The notes: generated by a model not told the origin, from the letters alone. A stretch of DNA of 32,000 nt from Mycobacterium tuberculosis H37Rv (GCF_000195955.2 NC_000962.3:4350001-4382000), one strand, 5' to 3'; shown: positions 9,783-20,170, counted from the stretch's first letter. Numbers and translations: made by a program.

Positions 9783-10198
9783 CCCCTACTGCCCTCCCCA
9801 AACCGCCAGATCGCCTCGCGGATCACCGTCCGGTTGGCCTCCGGCATTTCACGCCGGCTCGGCCGCTGGATCCACCCCGCGCCGGTATTCGCAGTAACCC
9901 GTTGAATCCGCGCGCATGATGCACCGCTTGGGCGATCAGCCGGGTGGTCACCTCGCTTGCGCTGGCCGCGCTGTCGCACGGGGCGCTCGGTGGTAACGGA
10001 CGTCATAATTAACCAGCGTAACCGAACCTAAGACCAGCTAGCTGCGGCAATATTGGCGACCAGGACTATGGCGCCCTCCGAACCCGGCCGATCCATGTCA
10101 AAACATTGACAATGCGTACTCACGCCGTGTCGGGCGCGCTGAATGACCGCATTGCGGCGCTCATTCGGTGCGTAGTCGCTACCACCGCAACAATGGGC

Positions 10199-10546
10199 TT
10201 AGGCCATTCCTTCGTTCATCGCGCGGGACATGGCCGATAACGCAGCGGTCAGCTGCTCGCCCGCCGCGTCGTTATACGCGGACGCCGCGGCCTGCGCATT
10301 GTGCAGCGCCTCGTTGACCCGCTGAGCCACCGCCTCGGCACCCAGCTTCTTCAGCAAACCATCTTCGATGCGCAGGCCGGTGAGCCACTGGTGCCCATTG
10401 ATCGTCACTTCGACGGTCTCGGCTTCGTCGGTGGCGCGGAAGGATCCGTTGTTCATCTGATTGAGCGTCCCGTCTAGGGCCGACTGAAACCGCGCCGCCA
10501 GCGTCAACGCCCGGGCGACATGCGGGTCCAATTCGTCCATGCTCAC
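10199..10546 (-). CDS. espL: EspL, small YbaB/EbfC-like protein of ESX-1, 115 aa
   Basis: MSMDELDPHVARALTLAARFQSAL...VEVTINGHQWLTGLRIEDGLLKKLGAEAVAQRVNEALHNAQAAA; overlaps the espB end by 4 nt. Confidence 0.92.
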   Translation of the reverse strand: MSMDELDPHVARALTLAARFQSALDGTLNQMNNGSFRATDEAETVEVTINGHQWLTGLRIEDGLLKKLGAEAVAQRVNEALHNAQAAASAYNDAAGEQLTAALSAMSRAMNEGMA

Positions 10547-11925
10547 TTCGACTCCTTACTGTCCTGGCGCCGACGGTTACCAATGACGGCCTCGGTCCAT
10601 GCCCGATCCTCGGTGTAGAGCGCCTCGTCTTCCTGCTGAGAACCCTTGGACTTGGCGCCCCCTTGTCCCTGATGCGCGGCACCCATCGGCATTCCCATGC
10701 CACCGCCGCCCAGCGCGGCGCCGCCGCCGGCCCTTCCCTGGCCTAAGCCGGCAATGTCACCAGCGCCAGCGGGCCGCACCGATTCGGCGCCCCCGATCGC
10801 GGATCCCAACGGCGCCGACGGCACCCCGCCGCCTCCACCGCCACCGAGCGATGCCGCTTTGACCGCCACGTCGCCCGACAGCGCTGCGGCTTCCCGCCCA
10901 GCCGACGTCAGCTGCGCCGCCGTGTCAGCCGGGAGGCCACCACCCGGCGATCCGGTAGGCGGAACCATCGGTGCGGCTGGCATCCCGGTACCGGGAGTCA
11001 CACCGGAGCCGTCAGACGGCGGCATCAGGAAGCCAGGGATCAATCCCTGCTCTTGCGGAGGCGGGGGCGGGTCGATCTTGATGGCGGGGGGAGGCTTCGG
11101 CGGGTTTACCGGTTCCAGGGCTGCCTTGTTGTTGTATTCGGTCAGCACCTTCTCCGACCTCTGCTGATACTCCGCGTACACCGGGAGAATTTGGTCGCGG
11201 GCCGAAGGGTTTTCCGCGTAAAGCCGTTCGAGCCCGACTATGTCTTCATAAGTCGGATGTTCCCGCCTAGCCCACACGTGCAGCTGCGCGACATATTGAG
11301 CCTGCTTGGCCATCGCAGCGCTCAATTTGGCCATGTGGAGTATCCATTGCCGTTGTTGATCGAGCGAAGCCTCGCAAGCGGTAGCCGCATCGCCTTCCCA
11401 GTTGTCAAACCCCCGGAACCGCTTGACGTCGCCTTGCAGCGTCAGGTTGAAAGTGTTCCACCCATCCGCAAAGTGCGCGAGCGATGCGCCTTGGTCGCCC
11501 GTTTCGAGCTTCCTTGCCGCTTCTTTGAGATCCATGAAGTTGGGTTCACCGGCCGTGGCCACCCTCGGCGTATCGGTTAGTTCGGCCGAACTGTCCCCTC
11601 CGACGGCCCCGGCCGATTCTGCCTGCACAGTTCCTTCGCCGTCGTTGTCCAGCGCGGTCGCAGCCTCCTCATCAACCTCGCCATACGCCTTGGCCGCGTT
11701 GCGCAGCGAGGTCGCCAGACGCTGCCGCTCTTTGGCACCGGCCGCCAGGTATTCCCGCATGTTGTCGGCGGACAATACCAGCTGTTGGGCGGCGTTTTTA
11801 GCCGCCGTGAGTTCGCACGGTGTGATGGGGACATCAGTCGGTGGGTCCGCCATCGGGGCCTCCACCTCGTTGGCCCTGTTCAAAATCTCTTGCTGATCCA
11901 CCGTCACGGTCTGCGACTGCGTCAT
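10543..11925 (-). CDS. espB: EspB, ESX-1 secreted PE/PPE-like protein, 460 aa
   Basis: MTQSQTVTVDQQEILNRANEVEAPM...; YGEVDEE (YxxxD/E) and NWEGDAA (WxG); Gly-rich C-terminal tail. Confidence 0.96.
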   Translation of the reverse strand: MTQSQTVTVDQQEILNRANEVEAPMADPPTDVPITPCELTAAKNAAQQLVLSADNMREYLAAGAKERQRLATSLRNAAKAYGEVDEEAATALDNDGEGTVQAESAGAVGGDSSAELTDTPRVATAGEPNFMDLKEAARKLETGDQGASLAHFADGWNTFNLTLQGDVKRFRGFDNWEGDAATACEASLDQQRQWILHMAKLSAAMAKQAQYVAQLHVWARREHPTYEDIVGLERLYAENPSARDQILPVYAEYQQRSEKVLTEYNNKAALEPVNPPKPPPAIKIDPPPPPQEQGLIPGFLMPPSDGSGVTPGTGMPAAPMVPPTGSPGGGLPADTAAQLTSAGREAAALSGDVAVKAASLGGGGGGGVPSAPLGSAIGGAESVRPAGAGDIAGLGQGRAGGGAALGGGGMGMPMGAAHQGQGGAKSKGSQQEDEALYTEDRAWTEAVIGNRRRQDSKESK

Positions 11926-11935
11926 ATCGGATCAT

Positions 11936-11942
11936 CCTCCTT
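11936..11942 (-). promoter_or_regulatory. Strong Shine-Dalgarno upstream of espB
   Basis: Minus strand reads AAGGAGG-atgatccgat-ATG; full anti-SD match about 10 nt from the start codon. Confidence 0.7.
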
Positions 11943-12031
11943 AGTGCTATAGCCATTATCGTCGCTAAACTGAAAGGTTCCTGCACTAATTTGATGCCGC
12001 CCGTTCATGCCGGCATCGCGAACGGATCGCC

Positions 12032-13420
12032 CTACTTCGGCAGCGCCATCTGGTAGCGGCTTTCCTCGGGTGGGGAAACCCGGCGAATCGGCAGCTGCCG
12101 ATGCCGCGGGGTACCGATCACATTGTGCCGCAGAATCACCCGGTCAATACCGGGATGCGGGCCGAGATAGGTCGTCGCATTCGGCCACGCCACCTTTACC
12201 TCCTGCCCGATGTGTGCGCCGATCAACCGGGCAAATTCCTCGAACTGTGGCCCGACTGTGACCATCGCACCTGCCGCCGCCGCACGCACCACGAACTGGG
12301 TGAATGTCTGAGCGTCACCCAGGTTGAGGGCGATGTCGACATCGTCGAAGGGCATGTAGACCGGGCATCGGTTCACCGTCTCGCCGACCAGTACCCCAGC
12401 TGACCCGATCGGCAGCTGGCAGTGGCGGTTGGCCACCAGATGCTGGCCTTGCAGCGCGGGCCGCTGCCCGCCAAATAGGCGGGCGAAGCCCCTGGGTGTC
12501 TTGGGCTTGTCCGCCGTGGTCAGCAACACCGTGGACTGCGGGGCCATCCCCGGCGCGACCCGGACTCTGGTGATGGTGTGGTCCGCGCGCGCCGACCACC
12601 ATACATCCGGACCTCCGGGCGCCGCGTAGGCGGCAGTGTAGGCATCGCGCCCCTTGATCATCGACCATTTCTCCCGCACAAAGCCGATGTCGGTGGCGTG
12701 GTCGTAGTCATCGAAGCTGCGGCCACACACCGCGTCGACACCATGGCTAGCCAGTCGATCGGCAATGCGCGTCGCGGACGCCACCAAATACCGGGCCAGT
12801 CCTGCGACGCCTTCATCGCGGCGCTGCGCCGATTTGCGGGTGCGTTCCGGGTCGGCGCGCAGCACGATCCAGGTCCGGCGGTTCGCCGGCGCCGGGTCTG
12901 TCCCGATCACCTGCTGATACAGACTCACCACGTCCGGCGCTGCGGTATTGCCGACGCGGTAGCCGGCTGAGACGATATCGGCCTCCAAGTCGGGACAGTG
13001 CACCGACAGGAGCTCCTCCACCAGTCCGGTGTCCAGCATGTCGTCGGTGTGGGCTTGCCCGTCGACGATGACCGTCGGCGTGAATGGTCGGGGAATGAGC
13101 TCGATTACGGCGACCAGAAACTCGCCTTGCCAGCGCACCGCAACGTGATCTCCTGGCTTCACGGTGGCCCCGACCACAGGTTCTGACGAGGAATCCGGGG
13201 GCCGTCGGCGCCGCCGCAACCACGCGTACACCGCCGCCACCCAGCCGGTGATCCGGCGGCCGTAGAAAGTGACCGTGGCCACGATGACGCCCAACGAGGC
13301 CAGCGCAATCCCCGCCCACCAGTAGCGCGTCTCCAAGAATGCGATGATGCATGGCGGGGCCAACGCGGAGGCAAGCAAGGCGTGCCCGGTGCTGAACCGC
13401 AGCCCTAAAGGATTTCTCAT
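12032..13420 (-). CDS. eccE1: EccE1, ESX-1 membrane component, 462 aa
   Basis: MRNPLGLRFSTGHALLASALAPPCIIAFLETRYWWAGIALASLGVIVATVTFYGRRITGWVAAVYAW (two hydrophobic helices); 4-nt overlap with mycP1. Confidence 0.94.
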   Translation of the reverse strand: MRNPLGLRFSTGHALLASALAPPCIIAFLETRYWWAGIALASLGVIVATVTFYGRRITGWVAAVYAWLRRRRRPPDSSSEPVVGATVKPGDHVAVRWQGEFLVAVIELIPRPFTPTVIVDGQAHTDDMLDTGLVEELLSVHCPDLEADIVSAGYRVGNTAAPDVVSLYQQVIGTDPAPANRRTWIVLRADPERTRKSAQRRDEGVAGLARYLVASATRIADRLASHGVDAVCGRSFDDYDHATDIGFVREKWSMIKGRDAYTAAYAAPGGPDVWWSARADHTITRVRVAPGMAPQSTVLLTTADKPKTPRGFARLFGGQRPALQGQHLVANRHCQLPIGSAGVLVGETVNRCPVYMPFDDVDIALNLGDAQTFTQFVVRAAAAGAMVTVGPQFEEFARLIGAHIGQEVKVAWPNATTYLGPHPGIDRVILRHNVIGTPRHRQLPIRRVSPPEESRYQMALPK

Positions 13421-14757
13421 CGGCGGCTCAGCGCCCGTCTAGCCAGCGCGCCCAGGCCCAGGGCCAACGTAAGGCCGACGGCCACCAACGCCACAGCCGT
13501 AATCGGGCGACGATCGGGACCCGGCTCCACCACCGGGGGTGGAAGTCGTCTGACGTTGTATGGCGCCGAAGCAGGGCCGGGCGGAATGTCCCACGTCAGC
13601 GCGGCCACCGCATCGATGACGCCGGCGCCGACCAGGTCGTCGACCCCGCCCCCGGGGTGTCTCGCGGTGGCGGTGATCCGGTGGATGATCTGCGCCGGCG
13701 TCAGGTCGGGGAACCGCTGCCGAAGCAGGGCCGCCAGACCCGACACATATGCCGCGGCAAACGAGGTGCCGGCGATGGGTACCGGCCCCTCCCGGCCTTG
13801 CAGCGCATTCACCGGTTCACCGGTGTCGCCGAGCGCGACGATGTTTTCTGCGGGCGCGGCCACGTCCACCCACGGTCCGTGCATCGAGAACGAGCTGGGC
13901 ATCCCGGTCTGGCCGATACCGCCGACGCTTAACACCAGCGGTGCGTACCACGCCGGGGTGACAACGGTCTGCACATTGTTCCAGCCGCGTGGGTCGCCGG
14001 GTGTGGACGGGTCCGGCGCCGGATTCTGTACGCAATCGCCACCGGTGTTGCCGGCCGCGACCACCACCACCACGCCTTTGACGTTGACCGCATAGTCGAT
14101 GGATGCACCCAGTGAGGTTTCATCGATCGGCCTGCTCACCTTGTAGCAGGCGGCTTCACTGATGTTGATCACACCCACGCCGAGGTTGGCGGCGTGCACC
14201 ACGGCGCGGGCAAGACTGCGGATGGAACCGGCGGCCGGGGTGGCGTTGGGGTCATTCGGGTTGGCTTGTGAGCCGACCGGTTCGAAGGCCTCAGACGTCT
14301 GACGTAGCGAGAGCAGTCGAGCGTCGGGCGCGACGCCGACGAACCCGTCGGTGGGCGCGGGCCGGCCCGCGATGATGGATGCTGTGAGAGTCCCATGGGC
14401 ATCACAGTCAGACAGGCCGTTACCGGCCTGGTCGACGAAATCGCCGCCAGGTTCCGCCGGGACCCGTGGCGAAGCGTCGACACCGGTGTCGATCACCGCC
14501 ACCGTCACCCCGGCCCCGGTCGCGAACTTGTGGGCATCGGCCACGCCCAGATACGTGTTGCTCCACGGCGGATCGTGGAACCCGGACCCCGGCAGCGTGG
14601 TGGGCGACGCGCACAAAACGCGCTGTTCGGTAGGCTGATCCGGGCCCGTCACGTCGGGCGGCAACGCGCCCGGATCGATCGGCGGTGGCGTGATGGCCGA
14701 TGCGGGCGACGCGGTGAGCAACGCCAGCGCCACCGTGATCAGAAAGATACGGTGCAC
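13417..14757 (-). CDS. mycP1: MycP1 mycosin, subtilisin-like serine protease, 446 aa
   Basis: [26 protein letters not shown] and GTSFAAAYVSG catalytic blocks, signal-peptide-like N-terminus and C-terminal TM helix. GTG start at 14757 puts the signal peptide at residue 1; the ORF track extends 10 codons further upstream. Confidence 0.94.
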   Translation of the reverse strand: MHRIFLITVALALLTASPASAITPPPIDPGALPPDVTGPDQPTEQRVLCASPTTLPGSGFHDPPWSNTYLGVADAHKFATGAGVTVAVIDTGVDASPRVPAEPGGDFVDQAGNGLSDCDAHGTLTASIIAGRPAPTDGFVGVAPDARLLSLRQTSEAFEPVGSQANPNDPNATPAAGSIRSLARAVVHAANLGVGVINISEAACYKVSRPIDETSLGASIDYAVNVKGVVVVVAAGNTGGDCVQNPAPDPSTPGDPRGWNNVQTVVTPAWYAPLVLSVGGIGQTGMPSSFSMHGPWVDVAAPAENIVALGDTGEPVNALQGREGPVPIAGTSFAAAYVSGLAALLRQRFPDLTPAQIIHRITATARHPGGGVDDLVGAGVIDAVAALTWDIPPGPASAPYNVRRLPPPVVEPGPDRRPITAVALVAVGLTLALGLGALARRALSRR

Positions 14758-14770
14758 TCCCAGAACACTC

Positions 14771-14800
14771 CATTCGTTGAGATTCATTGCGATTCATTGA
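14771..14800. repeat. Three contiguous 10-bp direct repeats upstream of mycP1
   Basis: Plus strand CATTCGTTGA GATTCATTGC GATTCATTGA; minus strand TCAATGAATC GCAATGAATC TCAACGAATG. Confidence 0.8.
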
Positions 14801-14840
14801 GCTGCGTTGCTACCTTGGGCCACTTGACGGACCTGTGTGC

Positions 14841-14868
14841 ATTTTAGACGTAACGGCTGGGCAAACAA
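14841..14868 (-). promoter_or_regulatory. Putative promoter for mycP1 and downstream genes
   Basis: Minus strand TTGTTT (14868-14863), 16-nt spacer, TAAAAT (14846-14841), 83 nt from the GTG of mycP1. Confidence 0.3.
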
Positions 14869-14978
14869 CGCTGTCACGCCTGGGCTGGTCCGCCGCGCCG
14901 ACCAGGGCGCGTAGGCGCTGTACCTGGACCACGCCGGGACTCAACGGTTTTGCTACCGCACTAGCCGATATGCGGCTG

Positions 14979-16838
14979 CTACCAAACGATCGCGGCCATG
15001 TCTCGGTTGTCTGAGCACACGCTGCGTATCGCGGCATCGATGTCGGTGGCGGTGATGATCTGCAGATCCTGAACCGATACCGGTTGGCCCGCACGTTTTT
15101 GCGCAACCACCCGGGTGTCCCGGAACCCTTCGGCGCGTTCGATCACGTTGCGGGCGAACCGACCGTTTTGCATAGCGTCGATACCGTGCTGCCCACTAGG
15201 GGTGGTGTAGTTACGGATGGTGGTGACCGCGTCGAGGAATACCTCCCGTGCGGCGTCATCGAGCTGGCTGGCGCGCGGTGTAGCGTAGCGGTGTCCAATC
15301 TCGACGATCTCCACCGGCGAATAAGACTCGAACCGCAGCTTTCGGTTGAACCGGCCAGCCAAACCCGGGTTCACGGTGAGGAATTCATCCACCTGATCCT
15401 CATAGCCGGCCCCGATGAAACAGAAGTCGAATCGGTGTGTTTCCAATTGAACCAGGAGTTGATTGACCGCCTCCATGCCGATCATGTCCGGTGTTCCGTC
15501 TTGATGACGTTCGATCAGCGAGTAGAACTCGTCCATGAAAATGATTCGCCCGAGTGACTTTTCGATCAGCTCGTTCGTCTTGGGTCCTGACTCCCCGATG
15601 TAGTGCCCACAGAAGTCCGATCGGCGAACTTCTCGAATTTCGGGGTGACGCACGATCCCCATGCCGGCGTAGATCTTGCCGAGCGCTTCAGCGGTGGTTG
15701 TCTTACCTGTGCCTGGTGGCCCCACCAGCAACATGTGGTTGGTCTGCCCCTCCACCGGTAGGCCGTGCTCTAGGCGCATCATGCGCACCTCGAGTTGGTC
15801 TTCCAGCGCCGATACCGCTTGCTTGACCGCCGCCAGGCCCACCTGTTTGGCCAGCAGTTCCCGGCCCTCGGCTAGCAGCTCGCCGCGCCGCTGCGCTGCA
15901 TTGTCGTCATCGAGCTGGTCGCGGCTTTTCGCCGTCGAAGCATCCCAACGGTCGGAGCGGCTGGCGATGGTTCGTTCATCGGTAACAATCAAGCGCAGGT
16001 TCGGGTCCGCCAGGGCTTCTTTGGCGGCGTCGGTGAGCACCCCGTTGATGGTGGCCTTCGACAGCCAGATCTGGGCCTTGTCCTCCTCATGCAGTTGCCG
16101 GTACACCATCCCCCGCACATACGCCAAGTCGGCGACCAGCAGCGGAATATCGGCCGGTCCGATCGCCGCGGTGAGCACGTCGGCGCCGAACCGCTCCGAT
16201 GACCTGCTGTGTCCGATCACGTCCACCCGGTCCAGCCAGTCCAGGGCCACTCGCCCCTGCCCGAGATGGGCGGCGGCGTGGGCTGCCAGCGCACAAATCG
16301 ACGCGGTCACCGCCGGCATGACGATCGCCTGTGGCGGCAGATCCTCGGCGGCCGTCGACAACACGTCGGGCCATCGCTGCGTGACGTACATCAGGAACGC
16401 CCGAGCCAGCTGATGCCACTGGTAGTTGCGCCACGAATCCAATAGCTCGCGGTTTGCTAACAGGGCATCGGCCTTCGCATACTCCCCCGCGATCGTCAAC
16501 GCCGACGACAGCGCCAGCCCCACCTGAGATGCGTCGGTCACCGTGATCCCGATGGATGGTCCCAGCTGGACCTCAGCGGCCAACGTCCGGCCGATCCGCG
16601 TGGTCTCGCGGTGCAGCCACTCGCTATGGGCGTTGAGCTGCTTAAGCGAGGCCAGATCGCGGTCACCGCAGGCGATACGACCCAGCCACGCGTCGGCCAT
16701 CGACGGATCGGCCTCGGTGGCAGCCACAAACTCAGGCAACGCCGCCACGCATCCCTGGCCATTCTTGATCGTCATCGCCCGATCGAAATGCCGGCGCGCA
16801 GTGAGTAAATCACCCATCGTGTCCACCATTCTCGACAT
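14979..16838 (-). CDS. eccA2: EccA2, ESX-2 AAA+ ATPase with TPR-like N-terminus, 619 aa
   Basis: LVGPPGTGKTTTAEALGKI (Walker A), GRIIFMDEFYSLI (Walker B). Alternative in-frame ATG at 16853 adds 5 residues. Confidence 0.93.
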   Translation of the reverse strand: MSRMVDTMGDLLTARRHFDRAMTIKNGQGCVAALPEFVAATEADPSMADAWLGRIACGDRDLASLKQLNAHSEWLHRETTRIGRTLAAEVQLGPSIGITVTDASQVGLALSSALTIAGEYAKADALLANRELLDSWRNYQWHQLARAFLMYVTQRWPDVLSTAAEDLPPQAIVMPAVTASICALAAHAAAHLGQGRVALDWLDRVDVIGHSRSSERFGADVLTAAIGPADIPLLVADLAYVRGMVYRQLHEEDKAQIWLSKATINGVLTDAAKEALADPNLRLIVTDERTIASRSDRWDASTAKSRDQLDDDNAAQRRGELLAEGRELLAKQVGLAAVKQAVSALEDQLEVRMMRLEHGLPVEGQTNHMLLVGPPGTGKTTTAEALGKIYAGMGIVRHPEIREVRRSDFCGHYIGESGPKTNELIEKSLGRIIFMDEFYSLIERHQDGTPDMIGMEAVNQLLVQLETHRFDFCFIGAGYEDQVDEFLTVNPGLAGRFNRKLRFESYSPVEIVEIGHRYATPRASQLDDAAREVFLDAVTTIRNYTTPSGQHGIDAMQNGRFARNVIERAEGFRDTRVVAQKRAGQPVSVQDLQIITATDIDAAIRSVCSDNRDMAAIVW

Positions 16839-16907
16839 CGCCGCCGCTGTCACCGCGGTTGCAACGTGTGTCTGTCACTCTGTGCCTCAAATTCCGTTGG
16901 CAACGTT

Positions 16908-18521
16908 CTACCGGCCTATCGACATCGTGACCGGCTCAAGGCTGACATAGCGGTTCTCCGCACGGAACATTTCCATCTCAACCAGCCAGTTTTGTCCTGC
17001 CGCACCGACTTTCACCGTTGCCCGATCGATTTGTTCGATGGTCACCTCGAAGCCATGCCGATCGCTCTCGGACAGCGAGGTACCGGGTCGGGCAATGGTG
17101 ATGACACTGGCTGGCCGTGGCGTGGGCGAAATCGCGACATCGACACCGCTGCCTTCAGATTTGCCGTCATCGCCGTTCTTGCGCCGCCGCACGTACTCCA
17201 CGACGCCGACAGTGGTGCGCGGCGCGGGCCGTGGTGTGCCGACGATGCTCAACTGCGGCATGCGTACGCTGGCCCAACGCTCTTGGTCGCGAGTGTGCAC
17301 ACACACCCGCTCACCGGCACCGACGACGCGAATCACGATCCTCTTGGCGATCGTGTCGTCCGCGGCCACGAAGACGCGCGACAGCTCACCGGCGTCGGTA
17401 ACGGGAATCATCAGCCGGTCCCCGTTGCTCAGCTTGCCAATCAACACCCCCGACGGTCCGATCTCGGTGACTAGCTGCGCCGGCAACGGGCAGCGCCGCT
17501 GTCCGCGTAGGTGTGGACGTGGCCCGCACATGTTGGCCGCAGCCGCGGCGGCTTGCTCACCATTGAGCCGACGCAAGATCACACTGGGCGGGGTAGGCGC
17601 CGGCGTCGGTGTGCGCACGGTGATGGTCGCGGTGCACGTCGCGTCCGGATACACCGTTACGTTCTGGATGACCTCATCGGCACGCAGCGTCCAGGCTTGC
17701 GAGAGAACCCGCGACGAAATCGCCTCAGCCGGGTACGCATACGTCGTCATCCACCCGGCTTCACCGCGGATAGCTTTCCAGCGCTGCGCACTCCCGGCTA
17801 CCGCGTCCGACCCCAGCCGGCGATCAAGCTCAGCCAAGTCTGTTGCGGTGGCCAGTTTGGCGCGCAAGCCCTGACAGCGCAGGGAGCTGGCAACGCGTTG
17901 GGCGACCGAAATGGCAGCGGCCCCAACGCTGGTACGCCAGCGTAAAGCTTGGGTGTTGCCGATCACCGGAAGCCGCATGATCAGCCACGTTTCGCGCCGC
18001 CCGGCATACGGCGGCGTACCGATCTCCGCGTCATACACCCGCGGGTAATCGCCGACGGTGCCGGTTCGCGAGCCGAAGGTGACGACGCTGATTGAATCGA
18101 GTTCCAGGTCCAGCGGGTGGCGCAGCAACGGCGCGAGCTCAACGACGTCAATCACGTTGTCGCTTTCTACGGTCACCGACCCGGTGACCGTAGTCGCCCG
18201 GTGCGCTCGGCCGAGAAGTTGCACCGCCACCACCGCGACACCGTCTTGCACGCGGACGCCACCCCCGGATCGGTTGTTGGCCAAGGTAATTGGGTCATTC
18301 CATTTGACGGGACGCCGACCCCGCAGCCCCAGTACCGCCCACGACCACGCCGGCTGACCCCACCACTGTACGAACACCAAGGCGACGCCGACCACGACAG
18401 CCATGACCGCACCTAGCTGGCCGCCCAGCGCCCAGCCCGCCGACGCGAGCACGAACACTGTCCACACCCCGGCGACCCGCCTCGCACTGCGCGGGCTGAA
18501 CCCGGTCAGCTTGGACGTCAA
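16908..18521 (-). CDS. eccE2: EccE2, ESX-2 membrane component, 537 aa
   Basis: [45 protein letters not shown]-terminal TM helices; located next to mycP2 as in other ESX loci. Confidence 0.92.
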
Positions 18522-20170
18522 CGCGCCCTCCGTAGCCGAGCCCCGATTGCCATTGCCAGCACACCGGTGGCCACTGCGCCGACGAACCCGATAGCGATAT
18601 TGCGCGCCCGGTGATCGGGCGGAGGGGGTGGCGCGGCGGGCGTGATCACCCGGCTCTGTGCACCCGGGGCCATCCGATCACCGGATGGGATGTTAAACGT
18701 CAATGCGGCGACCGGATCCACCAGCCCGTACCCCAGTTTGTTGTCCACGCCCGCAGGCGGATTGTGCGCCGACTGCACGATCCGGTTGATCACTTGGTAG
18801 GCAGTCAACTCGGGGAATTTGGCCCGCACCAGTGCCGCGACGCCGCTGACGTAGGCCGCCGAAAAGCTGGTGCCCCAGAACGGCATATTCTTCTCGCCTG
18901 GCCGCGACGGCGGGTAGGCATTGACCGGTCCGCCGCCTTGTGGCGATAGACCCATGATGTGGGTTCCCGGTGCCGCGACACCGACCCACGGACCCGACAT
19001 GCTCTTGTCCAGTGCGGCGCCGTAGGCATCGACGGCACCTACCGACAGGACGTAATCAGAGAACCATGACGGTGACGACACAACCGTGACCTGATGCCAG
19101 TCCCGGGGATCTGACGGGTCCAGCGGGTCATACATCGGGTTGTTGCCGCAGCCGGCCTCCCCGTCGTTGCCGGCTGCTGCCACGATCACCGCATCCTTGA
19201 CGGTGGCCGCATACCACAGCGCGGCGCCCAGCACCCGCTGGTCGCCCGGAGCCGCCGCAGGCAGACATGCGGTCACCGAAATGTTGATCACTTTCGCCCC
19301 CATGTTCGCCGCGTGTACCACGGCACGCGCCACCGAGTCGAGGGTGCCCGCTTTGACTTTCTCATCGGAGTTGGGACCCGCCGACGACGGGTTGACCGGC
19401 TCGAAGGCCCGCGAGGACTGCCGAATCGAGATGATGGTCGCATGCGGGGCCACCCCCACCACCCCGTCCGGGGCGCCCGGCGGGGGTGGGGGCACCGCGG
19501 GTTCGTCTTCGGTTTGCGGATCCGGCGGTCCATTGGACGGCGCCATGGCGCCCGCATCCTCGGGTGGTGGTGGCGGTGGCGCAACGGTTTGGGTGATCGT
19601 CACCGGCGGCGGCGGGGGCATCGGGGGCGGGACTTCTACCGGCGGCGCCGGCGCGGCGGTGACCGGCGGCGGCCCGGCCGGCGGTGGGAACGCCGCGGTG
19701 GCCGGCATGGCCCTTGGCATCGGTAAAATCCCAAGCGGTGCAGCGGCAATGATCGAACTCACCACCGTGCCGTGCGCGTCGCAATCCGATAGGCCGTCCT
19801 CCCCCATGATGTAGTCGCCACCGGGCACCACCGGCAGCCGCGGGTTGGGACTGACGCCGGTGTCGATGACTGCCACGGGCACACCGTTGCCGGTGCTGTA
19901 CTGCCACGCCTTGCTGATGTTGACCAGGTTGAAGCCCGGTGCTAGCTGCGCCACGTCGGGATTTCTTACGGTGATCGGTGTGGAGCAGCTGTTGGAGCGG
20001 CGCATGGGCTGATCAGGTCCAGGCCGCGCGTCTGCAGGCACCATCGCCGGATCTACCGACGGCGGTGGGATAGCCTGTGCCGCAGGAACATTAGCTGACA
20101 AAGCAACGAGGGTGAGGGCGGCGCTCGCGGCCGCGGCCCGCAGGCCAGGTCGGTTTAGTGGCGAAGCCAT
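18518..20170 (-). CDS. mycP2: MycP2 mycosin, subtilisin-like serine protease, 550 aa
   Basis: [27 protein letters not shown] and [12 protein letters not shown]; C-terminal TM helix. Start at 20170 (MASPLNRPG...) gives a signal peptide; the ORF track begins at 20236. Confidence 0.93.

Noticed and set aside
14420-14797. 125-aa minus-strand ORF overlapping the mycP1 5' region
   Set aside because: Alternate frame inside mycP1. The mycP1 frame carries the signal peptide and subtilisin motifs. Only the 10-bp repeats at its start were kept as a finding.
19140-19814. 224-aa plus-strand ORF opposite mycP2
   Set aside because: Antisense reading of the mycP2 proline-rich insert. Poly-Gly composition; mycP2 has clear catalytic motifs.
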